The position numbers were made by a program, and so were the translations under genes. The notes beneath the pieces were generated by a model that saw only the letters and a list, made by a program, of their open reading frames with translations, ran no database searches and had not been told where the DNA came from. Positions 1-12,331 of a stretch of DNA of 41,487 nt are shown here, in pieces. Source of the DNA: Dimargaris cristalligena (lineage: Eukaryota); the NCBI GenBank assembly GCA_003614675.1, contig ML002327.1, forward strand, positions 1-41,487, written 5' to 3'. Position 1 is the stretch's first letter. The number at the start of each line of letters is the position of its first letter.

Positions 1-13
1 TACCTTCGACGAC

Positions 14-850
14 CTAACGGCCCACTTGTCCAATGACCATATCGGGTCGGGGCGGAGAGAACGGAGGGTGGTTGGGTTCCGCGGAGCCCATTTCCGAATC
101 GGAGGCGGCGGTTCGAGCGGTTTTCAGGGGTCGCTCGACTTGGCCATAGCGGGTAAAGAAGTTCGGGGGCGGGGGGAGACTGGAAGGGCCAAAGGCGGAT
201 GGCCCGCTGGCTGTCGGAGGGTAGTCCCGCTCTGAGAAGGCGAACTCCGCGCGGAACGGCCCACGATGGGGTAGCGTCGGGGTATATGGTGATGTGGCTA
301 GCTCCATGGACGTGTCGGGGTCGGTTTCCTCAGGGAGAGGGGTGAGGTCCCGAGAGGAAGGTCTGGAGTCAAAGAAAGAGTAGTCTTGGAAAGACGAGGA
401 CAGCGGCTCTTCGGCCACCGGGTTAAGTATTAGGTCCAGATCGCTTGGCCGGCCGCTGTGGGAAATGCGACGGAAGGACTGGGGAGGGCTCCGGAAACTC
501 GAGCTGTAGGTTGTGGACTCGGAATCGGACGACGGGTAGTGGGCCGGGTCGTGGTAGGCGTCGGAGGTAGGTGACGACATGATATGCGAAAAGGGGTCCG
601 ACGGGAGGTGGGGCCGGGTGGAGTAATCGAAAGGAGGCAAAGCCGGCAGGGCGGACGAATGAGTGGGGAGAGCACCACTAGGGGAGCCAAAAGAGATGGC
701 GTTGGTGAGAGAGGGAAAAGCGGAGCCGTCAGCTAAATAGGACTTGACTTTGGAAGCGGAGCCCTTGGACGGGGGAGGTGTTATGAGGGACTTGCCAGGG
801 AGCGGCGGGTCAGGGGAGCCACAGGACGAACGGTCAAAAAAGTGGGCCAT
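14..850 (-). CDS. Ser/Pro-rich low-complexity protein (278 aa from ATG 850); possibly only the first coding exon of a regulator that continues beyond the window edge
   Basis: Long GC-rich ORF with ATG in good context (ACCATGG on minus). No recognisable domain. It ends 13 nt from the window edge, where possible splice donors (CAA|GTGGGC, AAG|GTA) occur. Confidence 0.6.
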   Translation of the reverse strand: MAHFFDRSSCGSPDPPLPGKSLITPPPSKGSASKVKSYLADGSAFPSLTNAISFGSPSGALPTHSSALPALPPFDYSTRPHLPSDPFSHIMSSPTSDAYHDPAHYPSSDSESTTYSSSFRSPPQSFRRISHSGRPSDLDLILNPVAEEPLSSSFQDYSFFDSRPSSRDLTPLPEETDPDTSMELATSPYTPTLPHRGPFRAEFAFSERDYPPTASGPSAFGPSSLPPPPNFFTRYGQVERPLKTARTAASDSEMGSAEPNHPPFSPPRPDMVIGQVGR

Positions 851-3372
851 GGTAGTTACCAAGAGGGCAGGATCCCCAGATACTGAGGGGTATTGGGGTA
901 GGTGAAAAAAATATAGGCGGTTCTTCTGGCAGTAGAACGGGGGTAGGCAAGGTAGTGAGGGGGTTGGTAATACAGTACCCGTAAAACCTTAGGTCAGTGA
1001 AGGCGTGAATGTTGGACTAAGTCGACCAATATCGGAAATAAAGTACACCGTCGTGGAGGAGAAGTTTGGGGCCCTGGGGTGTATAGTGGCCGAGGGGGAT
1101 ATCAAATAGCCAAACTATCAGGCAGAGATAGAGAACCGAGAAAAATGAAAAAGTTTGTCAGAACCTGGAAGGACCTATGCACATGTAAATACTAGAAATG
1201 TATCCGGCGGAACAGCGACTTTGCGATTCGGGAAGGGGGTGTGATAAAAAGCGCGTGCTTTACACAACTTCAGAATAAGGAGGTGTGAGGGCTTCTTCTT
1301 AAGACAACGAAGGTACTTCTGAACGAGAAGGCTGGTAGAACCACAGGCAAATGGTCAGAGTAGTAGTAAAATAAAATAGTAGTAGTAATACGAAGGACAC
1401 AATGCCTAAGAGGGGGAGTCAAACAATAAAAAACCACAAAGCAGACTGGCAAATAATGACAGGCTGGCAAAGCAGAAGCCTTCCACAGGGGCTTAAGTAA
1501 GGTGGCGGAAAAGGGTTGTTGGGAACGAAGGTGGGTGACGAACCACAGCTATGAATATAAAAGGAAGGTCGTCTAGAAACCTATGGAGGGAAGTGCCCAG
1601 CAAACAAGGCTAAAGGGAAAAAGAGAGCCTGCGGTAGTTGTGAATAGACGGTACAATGTCAGTAGAAGTCCGAACGAATGATGGAGGGCAAAAAAAAGGG
1701 GGGGTAGTTAAAATAGGACAAGGGAATTATACGGAAGGTTCAAATAAGGACCAAAAGTAGGGGAGGTAAGTGCCAGGCGTGTGTACTTTTATAGTTATGC
1801 CCTAGTTATGGATATGCGTGGAACAATTGCAGTCAGGAGGGAAATGCGGACACCCTCAGACAGTGTTGCCGGAATAAATTGGTTGTAAAAGACGAGTGGG
1901 CCAGGGGGAGAAGGAGCTCTAGACGGGGATTAAGAATACCAAAAGTCTATATATATCAAGTAGTCGGTACTAGGCAGTGTGGAAAAGCCCGGATAGAAAA
2001 AAACACCACTTTTGTTGGGCGACACAGTGGAGGCGAGAGATAAGGGAAGGGGTGGGGGGGTATATTTTGGTCACCAAACCCGGAGGAAGCGTGTGTCGTG
2101 GGGGGGGGGAGAAGAGGGGGCTAAACAATGGAAAATACAACCAAACCGAAGAGGGGAGGGGTATTATATATAATAGGGGGGAGTGATTTCTTATAATTAG
2201 TCAGGGTTGTGGGTAGGAGGGGAGACGGGGTATACAATAATAGCGAGTGAGCCAGGTCAACGTAGGACAGGTAGAATTTCAAGTGTAAACCAAAAAGATA
2301 GTAAAGAAAGGGAGGGACACTTCCCAACAGTGGGGAAACCAGGGGGGTTATATTAAAGGGGAGCGGAGTGGAAAGGAGGGAGAGGAGGGGGGGTGGTGAT
2401 GCCACCAAAAAGGGAGGGCAAATAAGACCTCGTGCCCCTAGGGGAAGCACCGGGCTGGGCGGTAAAAGTAGCCAAATAAAGGTAGAGGAGCGTAGAGCAT
2501 TTTAAGATTTTGGCAATTGGGCAAGTGCTAAGAGGGCCCCTATTGTAAAATGTTATCGATGAACACCCCGGCCACGGTGCCAACCGAAATAAAAGGGACG
2601 TGTATTGCTGGTACGATAGTATATGTGGGGAATAGCTGGAATTCAGATTCAACCCGCACATTGGTGCTGCCCATGCACAGTATATAATCGTCATCACCAT
2701 AATAATAACACCCGAACATCCCGAAGCCAACCACCTCCTTGAACACCCCCTCACCTGGTCAACGAGAGTGGATCGACGGGGTAGGTCGATGAAGGCGGCC
2801 TTGCCAAGAAGAGGGAGAAGCTTAGGGGCTCCAATAGGGCTGCCGATTGCTCCCGTTTATGCTGGATAATACGCTCCGCGGCAATTGAATAGCTTTTAGG
2901 AAAGAATGGGCCACCCCCATACTAGTTAGTTTTATCTACCACTTACATGTGCAGTAAAGTCAGGGTTCAGCTGAGACTCGGCGGGGTGGTTTGTGGTAAT
3001 GCAGGCGGTACCGCTAAGGGGAGGGAGATGCGCTAGGGGGTGCCAATAGGATTTGCCGCAGCCGGACGACCTTGTGACTCAGAAATATTAAAACAGGCGT
3101 CCAAAAAGGTTGTAAGGGGAAGATGATGATGCTATTGACCGAATAAAATAAGTCGACCAGGGGGAGCGGGGAAAAAGGGTCGTTGGAAAAGAAAACTAGT
3201 TGGGCGAGAGGAGGAGGGTGTTGTGGGTGAGTATGTGCACGGTGTGTGACTCGGGGCCAATGGCCTGTGCAGCAGGAGTAGAGAGGTAGGGTTTTGCAAG
3301 GGAACAGAAAAAGAGAAAAAGAAGGGAAGCGTGCACATCGCCGGTGACTGCGAATCAGCTGGTCTTTATATA
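851..3372 (-). promoter_or_regulatory. Putative core promoter and very long, probably spliced 5' leader of the gene at 14-850
   Basis: TATATAAA on minus at 3372-3365; pyrimidine-rich minus strand; GTAAGT donor at 2946. Only one minus-strand ATG lies between 851 and 2497, and none between 2949 and 3335. Confidence 0.5.
1158..1184 (-). other. Single upstream ORF MCIGPSRF*
   Basis: ATG TGC ATA GGT CCT TCC AGG TTC TGA read directly. It is the only ATG in ~1.65 kb upstream of the main start. Confidence 0.5.
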
Positions 3373-6300
3373 GTCGCAGGGCGAATGGCAAGCGCAGCAG
3401 CCGAGCATCACCTGCCAAGGCCCTTGGTGGTTGGTTGTTCACTTGGCCAGCGGCCACCTGGGCCAATCGATTCCACCCCGCCTGGAATCAATACATGCAT
3501 GCATACATTCGCCGGGTCCTCCTTCTATTCCCTCTCTACTATTTTAGGCATGTGCTGTTTTAATCCAGTGGAGTGGGTCGTTGTAGGCCAGAGTGACTCT
3601 TCTCGACTTGGTTTCTTTATATTTCTCTCTCTCTCTCCCTCAATTGACGGCCATACAGCCTATTTCGCCGTAGTATCGGCCGGTGTTGGGGTGCAAATGT
3701 AGTTGTAGTGGTTAGAAGAGGGGGCGCATGGCTGTACGTCAATTGTTTCTAGATCCCGAGCAGCCCCTTGTTTGACCGATTCCCCCATAAACAGCGTTGT
3801 AAATAGGGATTGTCCGTGGTAAACAAGTCAAACGACTAATCATGGCATAGCATTACTCAAACTCTCCAGCGCTTACCATTATTACCCACTCTACCTACCT
3901 ATACGGGGCTCAGCGGCGCTTGATTTATCAAGGCAAACGGGGTCTCTGACACTTCCTCCTAGTCAACGCCCAGAGTAATGGGCATTAGCTCATTGTCATG
4001 CTTTTTTCATCCTGGCTATCAGATTACCCTACAACCTGCTCCTCTCCACCGCCTTGCTTGACGGGTGTTTACGACTGTGAGACCCGCCCCGGTGGTGGCG
4101 TCACCCTGCCGCACTCGCCTTTTTTAGGGTTTCTTGTTTTTAAGTTTATTTGATTTTTCGTTGTTCCATCCCATCAAATAAGATACATGTTAGAAACTAT
4201 TATACAGCAGCAGCTATAAAATAAATATTGATCAGAGCCATTCTAAAAATAGCCGTGGTGCTGCATCGCCGGATCCGAAAATTCACCCCAATTCTCCCAC
4301 TGGAGTACCATGGCCGTGGGTGGCCGCCCCCTACTTCAGCTGCTTTAAAGGTGCCCCTCACCCCCTATTTACCCTTTCACCTCTAGGGTGGGGGTTTCCC
4401 GTGGCCCAGCCCCCCATTTCCCTCTACTCTACTTTCTAATGTCGCCCTGTTCAACTTCTAACTCTATTGGTACTTGTAGGAGGCCTTTTGTGCACCAATT
4501 AAGCTTCAGTCGGCGGTCCCTTAGGGGTTTTCCCGGTGAGCGGGGTACTTCAGGCACGCTGGGGTCCACACTTCTTCCCCAATTCTACTCATCGCCAACG
4601 CGAGTGGGGATTAGTCATGGGCGGGGGATGTCTGTGAAAAAAATAATTATAAAAGTCAGACGGCAATGTACTATGTCCTATCTAAAAAAGGGTTTTAAGC
4701 CCAGACGAGGGTTATCAATCACTGTAAATCATAGTTGGGTTTTAAGAAAAGTACAATCGCCCCTGCACTATGACCAGATTGTATCCTGTCGCTTGCTATT
4801 TAGCCGCCACACCTGCCCATGCCGGAATGGCATAGTCCCACCTCCCGCTTCGCCACACTTATTGCGGTATCGGAGGATAACCCAAGGGTATCTCATCTGG
4901 CGGATCCTACATCAGAACCATTGTGCCACTTCTGTGTGTTTCAGCATCCGCCATGATGGCTGTTGGTTTTATTATTATTTTGATATCCCACCCGACCAGC
5001 GGTGACTCGCCTTTAAAATGCCCCAGTCGATCAGACCGCCACTTGTATGGGCGGGGGGGGGACCTGTGGGTAAAGGAAAAGAAAGGTTTTCTGACGCCCG
5101 GATCGGTTAGGTTCCCAACTCTTCAATGTCTCTTGCTTTATTCGGGAGTGGGTGGGGCCTTTGGGTATTGCCAAATAAGGGCACCGTCGCCCCCTACCGG
5201 GTTGCCAGCTCCGTTGCTATAGGTACTCCCTATTTCGGCGATCGATTGCAGTATTCATTTCTGGACCAATGGTCGAAAACCAGAAACACAATGTGCGGCA
5301 ATAACTGAACCACCACCAATGACAGTAAACTCGAGTCATTCACCAGGTCACGCGGTCGAAATGGAAAGGTAAAACTATTGACCAAGGCATATCCCGTTAG
5401 TCTGGCGGATGAACAGTCCCCTCTCAAATTAGTCATTAAGTGTTATTCCCAATAGAGTCCGGTGATACTACAGGGAAACCACCTTCCCTGTTGTGGGTTA
5501 CTCAACGCAAATATCAAAATATCAATGTCGGCTGACTCCGAGACCCTGTGTGAAATAACTTGGCACTTCAACCATTGGTGTAGGACTTGGGACATGGCTG
5601 GCCCAAGTAAATGTCCGATATTGTGCTAGACTGAGGGGTGAGAGGATATATAGTACGGCACACGTACAAGTAGCAACGGCGTGTCTTACTCGGCTTCATT
5701 CAATACAAATCCTGGTGGGGTGAGAGGTCAAAGTGGCCCCAATGTCACTTCTCGTCTTCCTAGATTTTATTTTATTTTAAACCGGCCATGTATTCTAAGC
5801 CACTACCCTGCCGCGGCACTCGTTTAGGCTGTACTACACAGGGGTTGTGGTGTGGCTGGAAACCGAGATAAATAATGGTGGTCGGTCAATCCCGTGGCTA
5901 CACCGCATCCGCCAAATAAACAGGTATTATAATAAATGACAGAACCGTTTGGTCATCAAAGTATGGATAAATAATTTGCGCTGTACCGGGTTGTGTTATT
6001 AAGACCCTTTTGTCATCCAAATGGGGCTGTGGCGAAATTGGATTAGAAAGGTTCGGTGATTCGACTCTGGAAGGGGAGTTGTTTCCGTGAGACAACATGC
6101 CCCAACAATCCCAGCCCTGCCGACCTGCATTCAGCACTGCTCCTGCTCTGCCCCACTTCTCTTTGTTCTATTAGTATCAAGTGGTGGTTCGTGGGTCCCC
6201 CCTTTCTCAGCAACCGGCAAGGTGAGAGAATCAATACACACAATGCAAACTAGTTTCCCTTCAACCACCCGTCAAGTTGACCCAGCTGTTCTACGAAGAT

Positions 6301-8339
6301 CAACAGAGAAGGCGGTATTATTTACCTATTCCGTATCTGGATGTTATTTCTCTATTTACCATCACCACCAGTCCCCACTAAAACAACCGCAACGATTTCC
6401 CATCCGCCAAATCCAGCACCACGGGGCGTTGTATATGTTCAGCAGCCTAACAATAAAATAATATAACACCATGCATAAGTGACGTACAAGGGGGTGGGTG
6501 AGTGGAGATGACCGACGTCAATAGTCAGATGAGGGTGGTGCCCCCTTTTGGTTTTTGTTACTCCCTAGCAATGGCGAAAAAGTCACAAGCCAAATGGGGG
6601 CGGAGCACCGGGCTTCTGGGCAGACGAGGCCATGTGCCCCCACCTTCTCGTTAAACTCTACTACACCACCCAATCTTTGGGGTGTGTAATGAATGGCCTT
6701 CCTGGATTGAAAGTCCGACCCCTAAGCCTGGCCGGCCTGCTGAACCCCCCCCCCCAGACGACCTCCAACCAACTAGCGGTAGCCACGAACGCAAATGTAA
6801 AATGAGCCGCCGTGAGCGTGTATGGCTTCCAAAATACTCCAGATGACATCCGATCCGTATCCTGTTGTATTGAAGAACGCCAGGTGACCGGTAAAGCACC
6901 TGTGGGTCTAGATAAACTCCATCTTTATTCTCAGTGTCTTGGTTTTTAATTTTTGTTGAGTTGACAGCAATAAAATATCTATTAGAGCCATGCTAATTAT
7001 GGGACTGGGAGTTGTCCCAGCCAGCTACTTCAGAGAGAATGGCTTACCTAGACTAGCTGAACCTGATTAGTTTCACAGTGGAGATGTGCCGCTACGTCAG
7101 AAGCCAGCGCTGACTACTTCCGACTGTATAAGCAGCCGAAACTAATTCTACCACTCGAGTGGTCATGTGGTGTTACTGGTATTCTATTTCCACCTGGCCA
7201 GGCGAAGCGGGAGCGGAGAGACCCCATGGTATTCGTTATTTGACTAGGAAGTTTTGCCGAAGTCATACCACTGACACACAGTTTCTAGGTGGATTGTATC
7301 CCTAATTGCCCCATAACTGCTCACAGCCGGATATTGACAGTGGGTTGATATACCATCAGTCGTATTTATTGACCACCAATGTTAATAATGAGCGAAATAG
7401 TTACTACCGACTAGCCCGCACTATATTTAATGGCGAATGGACGTGGTGATTTGGTACGTGTCTCGGTCATGATAGACTGCCGTCACTTAGAAACAGAGTG
7501 CTATCAAATAGCCCCGTTAATCATTCACAGGGCGCGGCTGGCGCATCCGGAAAGCCCTTTGTGATATGAGGCATTTTAGCCAATAGTCTGATTACACCCG
7601 TTATTCGGGTTGGTGACCGATCAATCAACCACACGTGCCTGTATCAGCCTGCATCGAGCTACATCTATTGTTACTACTTTAGTTATACGCACACTTACCC
7701 TACAACACCAGTGTATCCTGGTCCAATGCCCATTTGTCAATTAACTTATCCGCCCAACCCTTAGATGGGCAAAAATCAATCTTGGGATGGGTGTATAGGT
7801 CACCTAGGAAATAAAAACCATGAAAGTAGGGTTAATTTTTTAGGTGGCAGAGAGACACATGGCTATACTTTAGGAAACTATATGTTGGTGGGAAACAAAT
7901 ATAAAATGACAGAAGTGGTTAAGAGGTAACTGATCTTCTCCATTACTAATATACACACTCAGGTGGGTTAATAAAATTTTAAAAGTCTGAAGTTGGGCAT
8001 CAAGAATATAGTTAATTTACATTAGTTTCATAAAACAATTATTACAATTGGATCAGTTGTTAAGAAGTATAGGTATAAATAGTCAAGTAATATAATATGT
8101 ATTAGTGCAAGCTTATGGATGTAGGGTCTCCTATGTATACAGTTCAAGTATGCCTATTAGTTGACTAGCATATCTTGGGGCATACAGTTGGACTAAGGGA
8201 AATAAAACAATATATTAGCATGCAGTTCCAATGTATGGTATACTAAGATATATGGACCAATTTCACTTGTATATATAGAAAGCAAAGAGCATTAAAATTA
8301 AAAATCAAAAGGTACTATTGAGATCTTCCTGATGCAACT

Positions 8340-8660
8340 TAAATTAATGTTTTTTTTAAAAAAAGAACTGCAAGTGACAAAACTAGATGCCTGCAGCTAG
8401 TTGTATTGAATTGGATGAAAGAAATAATTAATAAAAATTGATGTTCCAAGTATGATACAATAATACTAGATATATAGAATTGGCAAGATAAGGTAAATAT
8501 GGGTATAATTCAGTGCAGCTGTAAAAGGCTTTAAGTAAAGAATGAATGGGAAAATATGTTGGGGATTTGGTTATAGCCAGTAGTATTAGCACCATCCTAC
8601 AGATTTTTCATTATACAGTTGGGTCAAACCTCCCCCATATATTTCCAGCAAATCTAAGTA
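8340..8660 (+). pseudogene. Decayed coding relic, copy A (interrupted by the MITE at 8497-8640)
   Basis: AAGAACTGCAAGTGACAAAACTAGATGCCTGCAGCTAGTTGTATTGAATTGGAT matches the reverse complement of 10846-10900 and matches 31921-31975. Confidence 0.65.
8497..8640 (+). mobile_element. 144-bp ATAT-flanked MITE (older copy)
   Basis: ATATGGGTATAATTCAGTGCAGCTGTAAAAG...TTATACAGTTGGGTCAAACCTCCCCCATAT; same length and internal motifs as the other copies. Confidence 0.85.
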
Positions 8661-9175
8661 TAATTGGCAACCAATTATATAAAATCTCATTATATTGAAC
8701 CACATGTTCTAAGCCCAAGGCCCCTCCCCTAAATGAGGTGTTGAGTGATTCCATTTTTGCCATACTGCATTTAGCAGTCTATGAAACAGCCTTAACTTCT
8801 TTGTTAGGCTGCTTCGACACCTGAATGGACTGTCCCACCTAAACAGGTTTGGGGATGCTCAAGGATGGTCCCCGGTTGGATTCAGGGGTGCTGGAATTCA
8901 TGGTAGGCAGCAAGTAGAATTATAGGAACAAGGAATTAAGATTACCTAGATGCTTGGAAATTCCAGCAAAAATGACAAAAGTTTATTTAAAACATTAGTA
9001 CCATTGAGAAATATTCATATCATTAAGTAGATGGTAGTCATATTTCCTTCGCAGGTGTACAACACCATTTTGTGTGAAGTATAATATTATGGAAACACCA
9101 ATTGCCTTACCAAATGGTTACAAAAAACCCGGGAATAGCTAGTAAAATTGTTAGAGATATATCAACAATAACATA

Positions 9176-9725
9176 TGTTGGCTGGCCTAATCCTCCCTAA
9201 ATATGGGAATACTGATCATCCTGTCCAATCTTGCCTTATTGCACCATATTCCTCTTCCCTTACTATATAACCCACTATGACCAGGCCCCAATGCTTCTCA
9301 CACAATACTCCACTGGCTGATCCAATATTCTCCCATTCTTAGTGGAGTCTTCTGGATACAAGCCCCCCAGTCAAGGCCCTAACCCTTGACTCTTCTTTAG
9401 TTATCCCATTGCTCTTAAGGGCCCCTCATTATGAGTAGTCCCTGCATATAAATAACCAGGCCCCTCTGGGACTGGTTCAGTTCCTTAGCTTATTTCTTAC
9501 CCCCACAGTTTACCCCAATAAACTCATTATATGCTCACCCATTGTATTAGCCAGTAAGTGTGCCCACTGTATGTCCCTTGCATTAGCCAGCACTCCTCCT
9601 TTATTGGTTAGTACTGATCCCTCCCTAACACTAGTAGCCCACTTGGCTGAGTCTAAGCCCCACCTACTGTTAGAAGCCTATCTTTAGGAATCTTGATGTA
9701 CTAAGAGTGCTTAACTTAGGTGACA
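9176..9725 (-). mobile_element. Solo-LTR-like element (~550 bp), family shared with 31981-32570
   Basis: TG...CA ends; near-perfect 5-bp flanks ACATA (9171-9175) and ACCTA (9726-9730). The reverse complement TGTCACCTAAGTTAAGCACTCTTAGTACATCAAG aligns with TGTCACCTGGGTTAACTACTCTTAGTCCATCAGG at 31981. Confidence 0.75.
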
Positions 9726-10704
9726 ACCTATATTTTATTTTGTAAGTAGTTTCCAGGCTGTGGGCCTCTTTCACCATCTGGGAGCCATATTATTATCTAT
9801 CAGCTGCTTATATAGAAATGACTTACCTTCTAGGTGGATTCATAGAACAGAAGATTTACATTTTTATGTACTATGGTATATCTTAGTCAAGTTTAATCTT
9901 TGACCCAATGTAATGCACCATTATCTTATAAATGATAGTTTATTATGAATACAGGTGATGTCAAATTTATTGCAACTGACATACTAAAGGATGATATAGT
10001 TATTTACTATACCATTGAAAGGCCATAGAAAAACGAAAATAGTAGGTATTGTCTGTTATACATAATAATCCAAGATATGATTCAATAGCTATGCCTCAGA
10101 TAACTTTACAAGAGATAACACACAAGCAGTTGATGTGAAGGGCACTTTATAGATAATAATAAGGGAGATATCAAATAGATTGAGTTAACTATAAAAGGGG
10201 GTATAGAATAATCTGTAATTAACTAAAGAATAACTCTAAGAATTGGCTCAGCTTTATATAGCTGAGCAGACTAAATGATGAAGGCATCAAACCAGCATAG
10301 AAGATGCTAGAATATGCTACTAGATAGTAATATAAGTGTTGACTTATAATAGGTGGATATATAATGAAGGTGATATATGGAATATGTGAATTGAGTGGTG
10401 GGAATGGCTGAAAGACACTGATCCTTCAACAAGGCCAAATTCCTACACCCCATTGATAGAACTAGGCTATAATAGCACCCAGTCCTTCATAGTTAGTTGG
10501 CTTTAATCCTATAGATTATTAAGTATGACATTGTCATATCTATATTATATCTATATTATAAAGCCACTATTTTTCATAAAATTGTATGGGGCTAATTCCT
10601 AAGTGTAACACCTTAGTATTGGTATTTCCGGTCACCTGATCCCAAACTCTCCTCAGTGCTTAATTAATTGGAACTGCTGCCCAATCACTATTAGTATATG
10701 GATA

Positions 10705-11000
10705 GATATAGATGTTGGAAATTCATTTCCCCCATCCCACTGATTCCATCTCTGTGATTGGCTCATCCTATACTCGGGACTACATTCTAGCTATTACTAT
10801 ATCATTCTATACCTGGGACTTTGTCCTAATCATTATTACTGCTATTATCCAATTCAATAAAACCAACCATAGGCATCTAGCCTTGCCACTTGCAGTTCTT
10901 TCTCTCTTCTTTAAATCTTTATAGTTGTAATTGAAGGTACTTGTGTTTACCATCATATTTATATTTCCAACAATAGATAATAATAGTAAAGGGGCATTAA
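10705..11000 (-). pseudogene. Decayed coding relic, copy B (possibly retroelement gag-like)
   Basis: Translates with stops as YCWKYKYDGKHKYLQLQL*RFKEERKNCKWQG*MPMVGFIELDNS; collinear with copy C. Confidence 0.6.
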
Positions 11001-11656
11001 TTCTAACCTGACTACAGTACCCAGTACTAACTAAATATATAGACCAGTACCTATATATCTAAGGTAGAACCACCCCGGAGGATAAGAACCTGGCTATGCA
11101 GCTAGAACCAACTCAGTATCATTTATACATAGCCTACTATTATATCCATACTTCCAGGCCACTAGCAATTTCATGTTTAAGCTGCCTTGACCATGGCAAT
11201 TAATAAGTCACAGCGCCAGACATTCTCCAAGGTAGCAGTATTCCTTAATCAAAATATATTTTCTTATGGCTAATAATATTTGGCCCTTTCCAGAGTGGCA
11301 ACCCCTCCAATCTCTATGTGGCAACTCCAAATAGATATAGCACTACCAGGAATGTGGTCTACGGTAAGGCACTACAGTGAGGTGATGTAGAGTACAGGGA
11401 GTGGTAATAAAGTGAAAACATCCTATTTTTCTGTTAAAAATTGAGCATTATTTTATAACTTTATGGAAGATACTTAAAAAATCACAGCACTTCCTACAGA
11501 GAGCACACCTGTACCATAGGTTGAAATGAAGGATCAGAGGGGAGTGTACTCCCCAGAACTGTTGCTCGTAGTTTATAAAATGGTCAACTATGTCGCTTCT
11601 ATTATCTAGGGCAGATAAGCACATGTAGTTAGATTATCTGATACAGGATGCCATTA

Positions 11657-12331
11657 CTATTGCAAGTCACCATTTTCTTTATGTTGAGGGGGTTTCTCAT
11701 ATGGCGGGGGGAATTCTAAGCCAAAGTGTAAAGCGATTGGCTCGAGTTGGGCCGTGACTCCGTCATAATGGTTGGTGGCTTCAGGGAGGGGCGGCGATTC
11801 AAGCGCAGCTGGTGCCGTAGGTACAGCCAGAGTCTTACCGGAGGCAGCAGTGTCTTTCAATTGGTGATAGAACGACACGAGCGCCATGTAAAAGTATATG
11901 TCAAAGAAAATGGCCAGAATCAATATCACCCATATGATAATCATAGCGGAGTTAAAATTACGGGGACAATAGCTGGTGGTCCAACGTTCAGACGAGCCCA
12001 GGAAGGTCACAGAGCAGGCCATTTCGGTAAGACCGTGATTGTTTAATAAAATGGCAAACATAATTATAGTAGAGACATAAATTATGAGACTAATGAGACA
12101 CCAAATCAGCGCCACCAGGGCACACCGCCGGTGGCGGTAAATGAGACCATGACAGCATGTCGTCATAAACACCACATCGCAAGCTGTTACCACTATTCTA
12201 AGAACCTCTCTCCGAAAAATATATTGACAAAGGAGCATGATCTCACACGACAGCGTCAAAGTCGCTATAAAGATAAGGGCAGTGCGCAATTCAAAAAGGC
12301 CGCAAAAACGGCGAACTGGATAAATAACCAT
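11657..12331 (-). CDS. Four-transmembrane protein with a C-terminal PPxY motif (LAPTM-like architecture), 224 aa
   Basis: N-terminal FCGLFELRTALIFIA motif, four hydrophobic segments, a Cys pair in the loop between TM3 and TM4, and tail EFPPPYEKPP. ATG at 12331 in ACCATGG context. Confidence 0.7.
   Translation of the reverse strand: MVIYPVRRFCGLFELRTALIFIATLTLSCEIMLLCQYIFRREVLRIVVTACDVVFMTTCCHGLIYRHRRCALVALIWCLISLIIYVSTIIMFAILLNNHGLTEMACSVTFLGSSERWTTSYCPRNFNSAMIIIWVILILAIFFDIYFYMALVSFYHQLKDTAASGKTLAVPTAPAALESPPLPEATNHYDGVTAQLEPIALHFGLEFPPPYEKPPQHKENGDLQ

Larger units (their letters stand above)
7760..11540. mobile_element. AT-rich, CpG-depleted block of nested, decayed transposon relics
   Basis: About ten CpG in ~3.8 kb by eye; no intact ORFs. 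Contains a MITE, a solo-LTR-like element and two inverted copies of a coding relic. Confidence 0.75.

Noticed and set aside
4388-5005. 205-aa plus-strand ORF
   Set aside because: Non-ATG start, random-looking composition and no domain.
6705-6900. GAAAGTCC resembling the RNase P/MRP CR-I motif
   Set aside because: No complementary CR-V/P4 partner was found downstream.
10604-10972. TGTAACA...CCAACA as another solo LTR
   Set aside because: Flanks (CTAAG/ATAGA) do not form a TSD, and the interior is better explained as coding relic copy B.
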